This document shows, piece after piece, positions 9,308-19,865 of a DNA stretch of 64,000 bases. The position numbers and the translations under genes were made by a program. This DNA comes from an uncultured candidate division Zixibacteria bacterium (lineage in GTDB: Bacteria > Zixibacteria > MSB-5A5 > RBG-16-43-9). The notes under the pieces are model-generated. The model did no database searches, was not told the DNA's origin, and worked only from the letters and a program-made list of their open reading frames with translations. Where the stretch lies: the NCBI GenBank assembly GCA_963713865.1, contig OY970208.1, positions 672,001 through 736,000 on the forward strand. Reading direction: 5' to 3'. Position 1 is the stretch's first letter, and every line of letters starts with the position of its first letter.

Positions 9308-9476
9308 TGGCGACCCAAAAAGAAACTTTTGAAAAACCAGAATTATCAAAGTGTCATTCTGAGTCCCCGTAGGGGGCGAAGAATCTCCATATGAATCAAA
9401 GAGATTCTTCGGTCGCTACCCTCCCTCAGAATGACAGGGTGGATTTTCTCAACACACCCTAAAGGATCGCGCTACG
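9308..9476. repeat. Nested REP-like composite with a GTCATTCTGAG...CTCAGAATGAC core
   Basis: Core ~9353-9435 with terminal inverted repeats; similar copy at ~39910-39998. Confidence 0.75.
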
Positions 9477-9499
9477 AAAAGACCGGAAGAAGTAGGTAG

Positions 9500-11470
<1,971 letters not shown>

Positions 11471-11474
11471 TTTG

Positions 11475-11505
11475 GTAGGGGCACGTTGCAACGTGCCATT
11501 ACTAC
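11475..11505. repeat. GTAG-type REP-like hairpin
   Basis: GTAGGGGCACGTTGCAACGTGCCATTACTAC; related GTAG...CTAC hairpins near 14717, 15656, 29548 and 40823. Confidence 0.75.
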
Positions 11506-11524
11506 GTTTCGTTAAAGAAATATT

Positions 11525-12106
11525 ATGCAATACATTTTAATTCCATTAGTAACAATTGCCATTATAATAGTAGTAGTTTCAGTTACATTTTGTTTATCCG
11601 TCTCGGAAATTGTTCAGCTTGTAGTAGCAGGTGCTACGCTTCTTTTAGCAATTGCAGCATTCAAAAGTAGTAAGGAAAGCGAAAGACAGTTTATGAGGAG
11701 TAAATCACCTGTACTGAAGATAGATTTGAAAAAATGGAATGGATTATCGTCATATCAAGATAAAGATGGAAAAGAATTTTTCTGTGATAACGCCTTACTT
11801 ATTATTAAAAATGTGGGCTTTGCATCAACTTTTAATATAAAAATTGTTTGCAAAAGGGTAGATAAGATATATGAGGTGGATTTAGGAAATAAGCTGTCTT
11901 GTTTTGACTTGGAACAATCGGAGAATAAACAAATAAAATGCTCTTGTTCTGAGTTAACTAGAGAACATTTGGAAAAACCAATTAATATAGAGACAGTATA
12001 TATTGGTATTCTGGGAAATAAGTTGAGACAAAACTTTGAATTACCAATACAGCACGAAGGAGAATATGTAACAGCCTTGAAAACTTATTTGGATTTTGGT
12101 GTTTAG
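11525..12106 (+). CDS. Hypothetical membrane-anchored protein between gyrB and gyrA
   Basis: 193-aa ORF, visibly AT-rich, two N-terminal hydrophobic segments; no family recognised. Confidence 0.7.
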   Translation: MQYILIPLVTIAIIIVVVSVTFCLSVSEIVQLVVAGATLLLAIAAFKSSKESERQFMRSKSPVLKIDLKKWNGLSSYQDKDGKEFFCDNALLIIKNVGFASTFNIKIVCKRVDKIYEVDLGNKLSCFDLEQSENKQIKCSCSELTREHLEKPINIETVYIGILGNKLRQNFELPIQHEGEYVTALKTYLDFGV

Positions 12107-12145
12107 TACATATTGATATGGTCAATGCACTCCATAAAATATAAT

Positions 12146-14620
12146 ATGCCCCTTGAAAGAGAAAAAGTAGTTCCGGTCCTTTTAGAAGAGGAGATGAAAT
12201 CCTCCTATATCGACTATTCTATGTCGGTAATCACTGCCCGGGCTCTGCCGGATGTCAGGGATGGGCTGAAACCCTCTAATCGCCGGATCTTAGTAGCGAT
12301 GAACGATCTGAATTTAGCCCCGGGCAGACCTCATCGTAAATGTGCCAAGATAGCAGGTGATACTTCAGGTAATTATCATCCTCACGGTGAGCAGGTGGTC
12401 TACCCCACTTTAGTCCGTATGGCTCAGGATTTCAATATGAGATATACTTTAGTCGATGGACAGGGTAATTTTGGCTCCATCGACGGGGATGCACCAGCAG
12501 CGATGAGATATACAGAGGCGAGGTTTACCCCTTTTGCTATGGAGGTACTGGCTGATTTAGAGAAAGATACTGTCAATTTCGTCCCTAACTATGATGGGAC
12601 CAGAAATGAACCGGTAGTTTTACCTTCTAAATTCCCGAATCTAATCTGCAACGGCTCCTCCGGGATTGCAGTTGGAATGGCGACCAATATCCCCACTCAT
12701 AATCTTTCAGAAGTAGTAGATGCTTTAGTATCTTTAATCGATGACCCGGAATTAGAAGATGAAAAGCTTTTAAAATATATCCAGGGACCTGATTTTCCCA
12801 CCGGTGGTATCATTTACGGCAGGAGCGGGATAAAAGAATATTTTAGAACCGGAAGAGGTCGCCTGGTCTTAAGGGCAAGGGCAAATATTGAAAGGCAGAA
12901 ATCCGGTAAAGAGAGTATCATTGTCACCGAGATTCCTTATCAGATAAATAAAGCCAACCTCTTAGAGAAGATAGCGGATTTAGTCACAAATAAAGTCATA
13001 GAGGGGATCTCAGATTTAAGGGATGAGTCTGACCGGGAAGGGATGAGGATAGTAATAGAGCTGAAAAAGGAAACCCCGGCTGAGATAACCTTGAACCAGC
13101 TCTTTAAGCTGACCCAGATGCAGTCAACCTTCGGGGTGATAATGTTAGCCTTAGTGGATGGGGTGCCTAAGGTTTTAAATCTAAAAGAGCTTCTCATTTT
13201 ATTTATAGAACACCGGCATACAGTCATAATCCGCAGGACAAAATACGAGCTTGCTCAGGCAGAACACAGAGCGCATATACTTGAAGGTTTGAAGATTGCC
13301 CTGGAGAATATAGATGCGGTTATAAAACTGATCAAATCCTCAAAAGACCCGGCTGAGGCTAAAGATGGTTTAATGAAGAAGTTCAATATGACGGAGATTC
13401 AAGCCCAGGCTATACTGGATATGAGACTGCAGAGGCTTACCGGCCTGGAAAGAAAAAAAGTTGAAGAGGAATATTTAGAGTTAATTAAACTGATTGCTAC
13501 CCTGAAAGGGATATTGGAAAGTAAAGCTAAGAGGATGAATATCATTAAAGAGGAGCTTTTGGCTTTAAAGAAAAACTTTGGGGATCTAAGGAGGACTGAG
13601 ATCCGGGAAGAGGAGGAGGAGTTCACCATAGAAGACCTGATCGCCGAAGAAGATATGGTGATCACTGTTACCCATTATGGATATATAAAGAGACTGGGCA
13701 TTGATGCTTACAGGAGACAGGGTCGTGGTGGCAAGGGGGTTATCGGTATAGAGACCAGGGAAGAGGATTTTGTGGAGCATCTTTTTATCGCTTCAACTCA
13801 TGATTATATCCTCTTCTTTACCAATATCGGGAAATGCCACTGGCTTAAAGTTCACGAGATCCCGGTTGGTGGAAAGGTTACCAAAGGTAAATCGATTACC
13901 AACCTTCTGGATTTAGCTGAAGGGGAGAGGATAAGAGCTTTTGCACCGGTTAAGGAGTTTGTTGAGAACCGCTATGTGGTGATGTCGACTAAAAAAGGGA
14001 CCATCAAAAAAACCGAGCTTTCTGCCTTTTCAAACCCGCGAAGGGGTGGGATTAATGCTATAAATATTGACGAAGGGGATGAGCTGATTGAGGCGACCAT
14101 AACTGATGGAACCTGCGATATAGTTTTAGGGACAAAAGAAGGTTTGGCTATAAGATTCCCTGAAGATAAGGTTAGAAGTATGGGTAGGACAGCTTATGGG
14201 GTTAAGGGAATCTCCCTGCGGGGGAAAGCCGATAAAAGCCTTACGGCTCGTAGAGATGAGGTCGTAGGGATGGTGGTGATAAAGAGGGATGCAACATTAC
14301 TGGTAGTAACTGAAAACGGTTTTGGCAAGAGGACTCCAATTTCCGATTACCGGGTAACTAACAGGGGTGGTAAGGGGGTTATAAATGTTAAGACTTCTGA
14401 AAGAAACGGTAAAGTTGTGGCAATAAAAGAGGTTTTGGAAGATGACGAGCTGATGATTATAACCGAGAAGGGGATTATAATAAGACAGCCAGTAAAACAG
14501 ATTAAAGAGATTGGGAGAAATACCCAGGGGGTTAAGCTGATTAATCTGGATGAAGGGGATAGGGTGGTGGATGTGGCACGGGTAGTTAAGAGCGAAGAAG
14601 AAAGTTCAAACGTTCAATAA
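12146..14620 (+). CDS. gyrA: DNA gyrase subunit A (start likely ATG 12146)
   Basis: RALPDVRDGLKP, YHPHG, AAMRYTEA, GyrA-box-like QGRGGKG, beta-pinwheel repeats. Confidence 0.99.
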   Translation: MPLEREKVVPVLLEEEMKSSYIDYSMSVITARALPDVRDGLKPSNRRILVAMNDLNLAPGRPHRKCAKIAGDTSGNYHPHGEQVVYPTLVRMAQDFNMRYTLVDGQGNFGSIDGDAPAAMRYTEARFTPFAMEVLADLEKDTVNFVPNYDGTRNEPVVLPSKFPNLICNGSSGIAVGMATNIPTHNLSEVVDALVSLIDDPELEDEKLLKYIQGPDFPTGGIIYGRSGIKEYFRTGRGRLVLRARANIERQKSGKESIIVTEIPYQINKANLLEKIADLVTNKVIEGISDLRDESDREGMRIVIELKKETPAEITLNQLFKLTQMQSTFGVIMLALVDGVPKVLNLKELLILFIEHRHTVIIRRTKYELAQAEHRAHILEGLKIALENIDAVIKLIKSSKDPAEAKDGLMKKFNMTEIQAQAILDMRLQRLTGLERKKVEEEYLELIKLIATLKGILESKAKRMNIIKEELLALKKNFGDLRRTEIREEEEEFTIEDLIAEEDMVITVTHYGYIKRLGIDAYRRQGRGGKGVIGIETREEDFVEHLFIASTHDYILFFTNIGKCHWLKVHEIPVGGKVTKGKSITNLLDLAEGERIRAFAPVKEFVENRYVVMSTKKGTIKKTELSAFSNPRRGGINAINIDEGDELIEATITDGTCDIVLGTKEGLAIRFPEDKVRSMGRTAYGVKGISLRGKADKSLTARRDEVVGMVVIKRDATLLVVTENGFGKRTPISDYRVTNRGGKGVINVKTSERNGKVVAIKEVLEDDELMIITEKGIIIRQPVKQIKEIGRNTQGVKLINLDEGDRVVDVARVVKSEEESSNVQ
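14229..14255 (+). repeat. 27-bp micro-element copy 1, in frame in gyrA
   Basis: CCGATAAAAGCCTTACGGCTCGTAGAG; other copies at 16819, 37080 and 52470. Confidence 0.9.
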
Positions 14621-14837
14621 TTCAAAAGTTTAAAAGAATAAATTATTAATAGACTCGCCTTGCCCTCAAGGCGGGGGAAATGTAGAGTCCGGGTTTATCC
14701 CGGACGTTTTTTTTTCGTAGAGCGACCCTTTTAGGGTCGCCTCTACGAAAAAACTCCAAACTGTATTTCAGAGGCGGAACTGGTTGAAAACTATTTTTGA
14801 TTTGTCAAACAGTCCGCCCAAGGCGGACATGCTTAAC

Positions 14838-15337
14838 CTACGAGCTGCGGTCGTCATAAATTTTTTGTAATAGATGAACATCCAAAAGTTTCCCAAATTT
14901 TCGACCAACTTCCCTCATAATTCCTATGTGCTCAAAATCCACCGATTCGTGAAGATGAATACTTGCTTTTCCATCCTCAGCCACTCTAGCTATTACTGTA
15001 TGGAGGCCTACTTTTTGACCTTCCTGCATAATTGCTTCCAAAAGCTTCTTCCCAATTCCCTTGCCTTGAAATTCTTCCTTAACATAGAGTGAAATTTCAG
15101 CAGTATCAGAATATGCACATCTATCAGACCATTTGCTTAAAGACACCCAACCACAAGACCGTTCTCCTCTGCAACTAATATGGGATACTTAGTGCCATGA
15201 TTTGAAAACCATGCACTCTGTTCCTTAAGAGTTTTAGGCTGGGTGTCGAAGGTGGCTACTGTTCTAACAATAGCTTCATTGTATATCTCTGTAATTCGAT
15301 CCAGATCCTTTAGTTCCGCCTTCCTAATTCTCAGCAT
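14838..15337 (-). pseudogene. Frameshifted GNAT N-acetyltransferase (phosphinothricin acetyltransferase/MddA-like)
   Basis: N-half (IYNEAI..T.ATFD) and C-half (AY..TAE.SLYV...QGKGIGK.LL...GRKFG..LDV) are in different frames; shift near 15140-15150. Confidence 0.85.
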
Positions 15338-15464
15338 ATATACTCTTTAGATGATTTTAGTCCGCCAGAAGCGGAGATGGTTGACAACCATTTTTGATTG
15401 TCAAGCAGGCTAAGCCATACTTGATCTACAAGCTGTCTGTTCCTTTGTATTTGAACTCAGATTG

Positions 15465-15682
15465 TCCGTTCGGCTGAGCTCACGATGAAGCCCTCTCCTA
15501 AAAGGAGAGAAGAAATTAAGTAGGGGTGGGGTCACCCCGCCCTTTGGCGGGTCGCCACTACGAAAATATTGTAAGGACAGAACATTGTTCTGTCCCTACG
15601 CTGATTTGTCATTGCGTTCCCGTAGGGGGACTTCTTGCAATGACCAGATTTTCATAGGGGCGTATTGCAATACGCCCCTACC
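15465..15682. repeat. Cluster of REP-like hairpins
   Basis: Adjacent palindromes: GTAGGGGTGGGGTCACCCCGCCC, GGACAGAACATTGTTCTGTCC, GTCATTGC...GCAATGAC, TAGGGGCGTATTGCAATACGCCCCTA. Confidence 0.8.
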
Positions 15683-15695
15683 TTTTGTTCCATAA

Positions 15696-16691
15696 TTAAA
15701 AATGTCTATAACCGGTTTTCTTCAAATTTCTGATTTTACCATCCTGATTTAAAATCTTAACCCCTTCCTCTTTTCTCTTAATCTCTCCTATTAAGCTAAC
15801 CTGAAATTTACCCTGAGTAATTTTTCTTAGCTTCTCTTGTTCCTCTGGGCTTAAGGTGAAAAGAAGCTCGTATTCCTCTCCTGAGCTTAAAGCTAAATTT
15901 AGAGGTGAAAGGTTTAAAAGCTTACAAGCCTCTCTCGTTTTCTGGCTAACAGGAATTTTGTCAGCAGAGATTAAAGCTCCCTTATTGCTCTCCTCGCAGA
16001 TATGATATAGATCAGAAGAAAGCCCGTCGCTAATATCGATCATCGAGGTTACCTTCAAGTTCTTCACTAAAAGCCTGCTTTCCTCTATCCTCGGATAAGG
16101 GGTAAGATGTTTTTTTATAATGGAGCTATTAAATGGGATTTTATTCTTTGAGGATTTTTTCAAAAATCTTAATCCAGCCTCAGCTTCCCCCAAATCACCT
16201 GTCACGCAGATTAAATCCCCGACTTTTGCACCTGACCTGGTCTTAAACAGATTTTTTTCAACCTCTCCTAAGAGTGATATGGTTATCACTAAAGACTTAG
16301 ATGAGAAAATATCTCCTCCTACAACCGGGCACTTGAATCTTGAAGATAGGGTTTTCAGTCCGGAATAGAGCTTCAGAATATCTTCAACTTTTGTTCTTGA
16401 TGAAACCCCCAAGGAAATTATCCCGGCTAAGGGAATCCCTCCCATAGCGGCAATATCGGATAGATTTGCAGCTATACTTTTCCAGCCCACATCTCTGTAA
16501 GAACAATATTTTAAGTCGAAATGGACTTTCTCCATCAGGGTATCGGTGGTGAAAACCAAGAGTTTATTTTTTGAGTATCTGAGGACCGCCGCATCATCCC
16601 CGATATTTAAAACAACTCTTTTGTCCCTGGTATAGATTTTCTTTCGGATTAAATCAATCAGCCCGAACTCGCCTATATTTTTTAATTCCAT
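15696..16691 (-). CDS. thiL: Thiamine-monophosphate kinase
   Basis: GEFGLI, IGDDAA, NLSDIAAMGG, GGD, MIDISDGL, GEEYEL. Confidence 0.96.
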   Translation of the reverse strand: MELKNIGEFGLIDLIRKKIYTRDKRVVLNIGDDAAVLRYSKNKLLVFTTDTLMEKVHFDLKYCSYRDVGWKSIAANLSDIAAMGGIPLAGIISLGVSSRTKVEDILKLYSGLKTLSSRFKCPVVGGDIFSSKSLVITISLLGEVEKNLFKTRSGAKVGDLICVTGDLGEAEAGLRFLKKSSKNKIPFNSSIIKKHLTPYPRIEESRLLVKNLKVTSMIDISDGLSSDLYHICEESNKGALISADKIPVSQKTREACKLLNLSPLNLALSSGEEYELLFTLSPEEQEKLRKITQGKFQVSLIGEIKRKEEGVKILNQDGKIRNLKKTGYRHF

Positions 16692-16818
16692 TTTTCAGTT
16701 TCCCTCGTTGTCACAGGAGTAACAACGCTACCATCATTTCCTCCTGTAGCGTCCTCACTCCTGTCCTCCGGATCCGCTCCTAAGGATGAAGACGACTGTA
16801 TTTCTCCTCCTTTGATGG

Positions 16819-16845
16819 CCGATAAAAGCTTTACGGCTCGTAGAG
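16819..16845 (+). repeat. 27-bp micro-element copy 2, inside a REP-like element
   Basis: CCGATAAAAGCTTTACGGCTCGTAGAG. Confidence 0.9.
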
Positions 16846-16973
16846 GAGGGGATAAAGGGGAGGGTGATTCCAAAATACCTTTATATTTACCCCTCTCCTT
16901 AATCCTCTTCCACAAGGGAAGAGGAAAATATCTTCTGCTATGCTGTTAATCATACAACGTTATAATCTTTTTA

Positions 16974-18461
16974 CTAATCTATCCTTAAAGGATTATTCCA
17001 GTAAAATCTGGTTGCACCTCTTTCAGTCCCAAACCAGATATAATCCCCATCTAAAAGCAGTGTTTGAATGTTGTTGTCCAGAAGCCCATCCTCTTTATAA
17101 TACCCCTTCCAGATATTATTTTGCTTATCCAATCTCCATGCCCCCATAATCGTCCCTACCCAAAGATATTTATCATCGCAGACCAGTTTAGTAACCTCTA
17201 TACCAGGATAATTAACTGGTGATTGGTAAATCTTCCTGTTCTTGTTAACAAGATCTACACTTACGACTGCATCCCTGGTTCCAAACCACAGCTCATCTTT
17301 ATATTTGTAAATGGACTTTACCTCCTGATTCAAAATCCCTTCAGGAATATTAAAGGGAATCACCTCTCCTGATTTCTTATTCAGCTGAAAAGCTCCCCTA
17401 TCCGTTCCTATCCAGATAAAGTTTGAATCCTTCTCAATCGAATAGATGTAAGCACCTTTAATTAATTGATCTTTTATCCGGGCAACTGTGTCTCTTTTAG
17501 CTAAATATAAATTTAGCCCCGACCGTGTTCCAATCCAGAGTAATCCCTGGTCGGACTTCAAAGCTGTAACATCATTATCCCAGAGCCCCTTGAAACTATC
17601 ATAAGTTTTCCATCGATTTTTCTTCTTATCATAACGCAAAAGTCCCCTGTCAGTTCCAAACCAGACATATTGAGAATCTTTTTCCATACAGGTAATATTT
17701 CTGTTCGCCAGCTCTATTATAGAGGTAGAAACAAAATAATCCCAAACTCCCTCTTTACGGTTATATCTGCTTATTCCGTTCTCTCTCTGGAGAAAACTTT
17801 CACCCCCGAAAAAAAGATTATCCCCATCTATGATCAGAGCCTTGACATCCTGATTAAAAAGCCCGGTTTTAAACACTTTAAGTTCTAAATAGCGGGGAGA
17901 GCCCAATCCCACATTCAACCCCCAGGTCCCTATCCACAGGTTTCCCCATTCATCAAAAAGGTAATCTGTGACTTTATACCTATTCAGATAAAGATCGGTG
18001 ATGTAACCTTCCGGGTAAAAATAATAACCGAAATCCATAAAGAAGGATGGAAAAACGAAATTGGAGGAATCTCTATGCACCAACTCGTAAGGGAAATCAC
18101 TTTCAGTATAAAATTCCTGAAAAGCTGGAATATAACTGCAGACTCCGGAATAGGTTTTAAAATAAAGTTCATTTCTCTGGGGGTCATAAGCTATCTTTTC
18201 CACCCGGTTATCCAGGAGACCATCGCTTTCAGTTAAAGGCTCCACCCATTTGTCAGCAAAAAAATCATACATGGAGACTCCGCCCGTGGTTCCAAAGTAA
18301 ATAAAGTTGAAATCTTTCTCGATGCAGTTCACATATCTTAAAACCGTATAGCTTTTCCAGTCTCCTGGACGATAAGGAGGCTTGGCATAGGAAGAAATAG
18401 AAAAGAGTAGGATTAATAAAATGGATAAAACAAATAAAGTTATGATTTTCTTGTTTTTCAT
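16974..18461 (-). CDS. Secreted beta-propeller protein (ligand-binding/regulator-propeller-like repeats)
   Basis: Signal peptide; repeated W(F/I)GT..G and DGLLDN.V/I motifs. Confidence 0.75.
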   Translation of the reverse strand: MKNKKIITLFVLSILLILLFSISSYAKPPYRPGDWKSYTVLRYVNCIEKDFNFIYFGTTGGVSMYDFFADKWVEPLTESDGLLDNRVEKIAYDPQRNELYFKTYSGVCSYIPAFQEFYTESDFPYELVHRDSSNFVFPSFFMDFGYYFYPEGYITDLYLNRYKVTDYLFDEWGNLWIGTWGLNVGLGSPRYLELKVFKTGLFNQDVKALIIDGDNLFFGGESFLQRENGISRYNRKEGVWDYFVSTSIIELANRNITCMEKDSQYVWFGTDRGLLRYDKKKNRWKTYDSFKGLWDNDVTALKSDQGLLWIGTRSGLNLYLAKRDTVARIKDQLIKGAYIYSIEKDSNFIWIGTDRGAFQLNKKSGEVIPFNIPEGILNQEVKSIYKYKDELWFGTRDAVVSVDLVNKNRKIYQSPVNYPGIEVTKLVCDDKYLWVGTIMGAWRLDKQNNIWKGYYKEDGLLDNNIQTLLLDGDYIWFGTERGATRFYWNNPLRID

Positions 18462-18550
18462 ATAGCTTGGCGGGCAAGGGTGCCCGTCTTACGAGTCATA
18501 AAAGGGGTAAAATCGTAGGCAGGGCTCCCAGCCCTGCAAATAAAAATATT

Positions 18551-19744
18551 TTAAAAACCTCTCAAAAAATCAAAAACCACCTGAGCCAACAAGCTTGAAC
18601 CTATATAAATTCCCTCCTCATCTACTTTCCATTTAGGATGGTGCCAGGGATAGACTGCCCCGATTTTTTCATTTCTGATTCCCAGTCTTATAAACGAACC
18701 TTGAACCTCTCTTAAATAATAGGCAAAATCCTCAGCCCCCATCATCGGCTCTTTGATCTCGTGAATTGCCTCTTTGCCGAATAAGTCAGTAATTGAACCC
18801 CTGACCAGGTCTGTCATAACTATATCATTTATCAAAACCGGATAGCCATAATTATATCTCAGTTCAAAATCAGCACCATAACCTTTGGCAACACCTGCGA
18901 CGATCTCTTTTATCAGGGCTGGTATTTTTCTGGTAATGGATTTCTCTAAAGTTCTGGCAGTTCCTTTTAAAACCACCTTATCGCAGATTATATTTCTGGC
19001 AGTTCCGCCTTCGATTACCCCTACACTTACAACCACTGGTTTTAAGGGGCTAATTCTCCGGCTGGGAATAGTCTGCAATGCCTGAATAACCGCTGAGGCA
19101 ACTACAATTGCATCCACTCCATCCTGGGGTTTGGCACCATGCCCTCCTTTGCCGATTATGGTAATATCAAAATCATCTGCTTCTGCCATCATCGGACCAT
19201 TTTTTACACCAATTTTCCCAACCGGGATATTGGAATCACAATGTAAGCCGAATATCCCATCAACTTCAGGATTTTTAAGCACCCCAGCTTTAATCATCGG
19301 ATAGGCACCACCTGGAGTTGCCTCTTCACTCGGCTGAAAAATAAATTTTACCTTTCCCGGCAGTTCATCTTTTAAACTCGATAAAATTTTAGCAGCCCCT
19401 ATAACACAAGACATATGCACATCATGTCCACAGGCATGCATCTTTCCAGAAATCTTAGATTTGTAAGGAAGACCAGTCAACTCCGTGACCGGCAGGGCAT
19501 CAATATCCGCCCGCAGTGCAACAGTTTTACCCTTTTTATTTCTATTCAATAACCCAACCACACCCGTCTTAGCCACACCCTTTTTAATATCCAGACCAAT
19601 CTTTTGAAGCTCCCGAACGATAATCTCTGAAGTTTTAAATTCCGTATAGGCAACTTCAGGATACTGATGAAGCTCCCTTCTCAGTTTAACCAATGAGGGG
19701 AAAAACTCTTCAGATAGATTTTTTATTTTTTCTTCAATCTTCAT
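18551..19744 (-). CDS. M20D-family amidohydrolase
   Basis: RRELHQYPE, LRADIDALP, MHACGHD, FQPSEE, GAEDF, HHP; start ATG 19744 with GGAG RBS (the ORF extension upstream is repeat DNA). Confidence 0.93.
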   Translation of the reverse strand: MKIEEKIKNLSEEFFPSLVKLRRELHQYPEVAYTEFKTSEIIVRELQKIGLDIKKGVAKTGVVGLLNRNKKGKTVALRADIDALPVTELTGLPYKSKISGKMHACGHDVHMSCVIGAAKILSSLKDELPGKVKFIFQPSEEATPGGAYPMIKAGVLKNPEVDGIFGLHCDSNIPVGKIGVKNGPMMAEADDFDITIIGKGGHGAKPQDGVDAIVVASAVIQALQTIPSRRISPLKPVVVSVGVIEGGTARNIICDKVVLKGTARTLEKSITRKIPALIKEIVAGVAKGYGADFELRYNYGYPVLINDIVMTDLVRGSITDLFGKEAIHEIKEPMMGAEDFAYYLREVQGSFIRLGIRNEKIGAVYPWHHPKWKVDEEGIYIGSSLLAQVVFDFLRGF

Positions 19745-19770
19745 TCTATAACTCCTCCAGAAAGAGTAAT

Positions 19771-19824
19771 TGGAGTGTAAAGCTTTAGCTTTACCTTTTG
19801 GCAAACCTAAGGGTTCGCACTCCA
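19771..19824. repeat. TGGAGTGTAAAGCTTTAGCTTTAC-family hairpin repeat
   Basis: Related copies near 27031, 31186, 43773-43889 and 60844. Confidence 0.75.
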
Positions 19825-19865
19825 AAATCTTTTTAACATACCTCAATCTCAGCCGATTTGGTTTA

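Noticed and set aside
15465-15682. Hairpin clusters as a CRISPR array
   Set aside because: No identical repeats at regular spacing and no cas genes in the window.
16682-16915. 77-aa ORF upstream of thiL
   Set aside because: Made entirely of REP-like repeats and micro-insertions; probably spurious.
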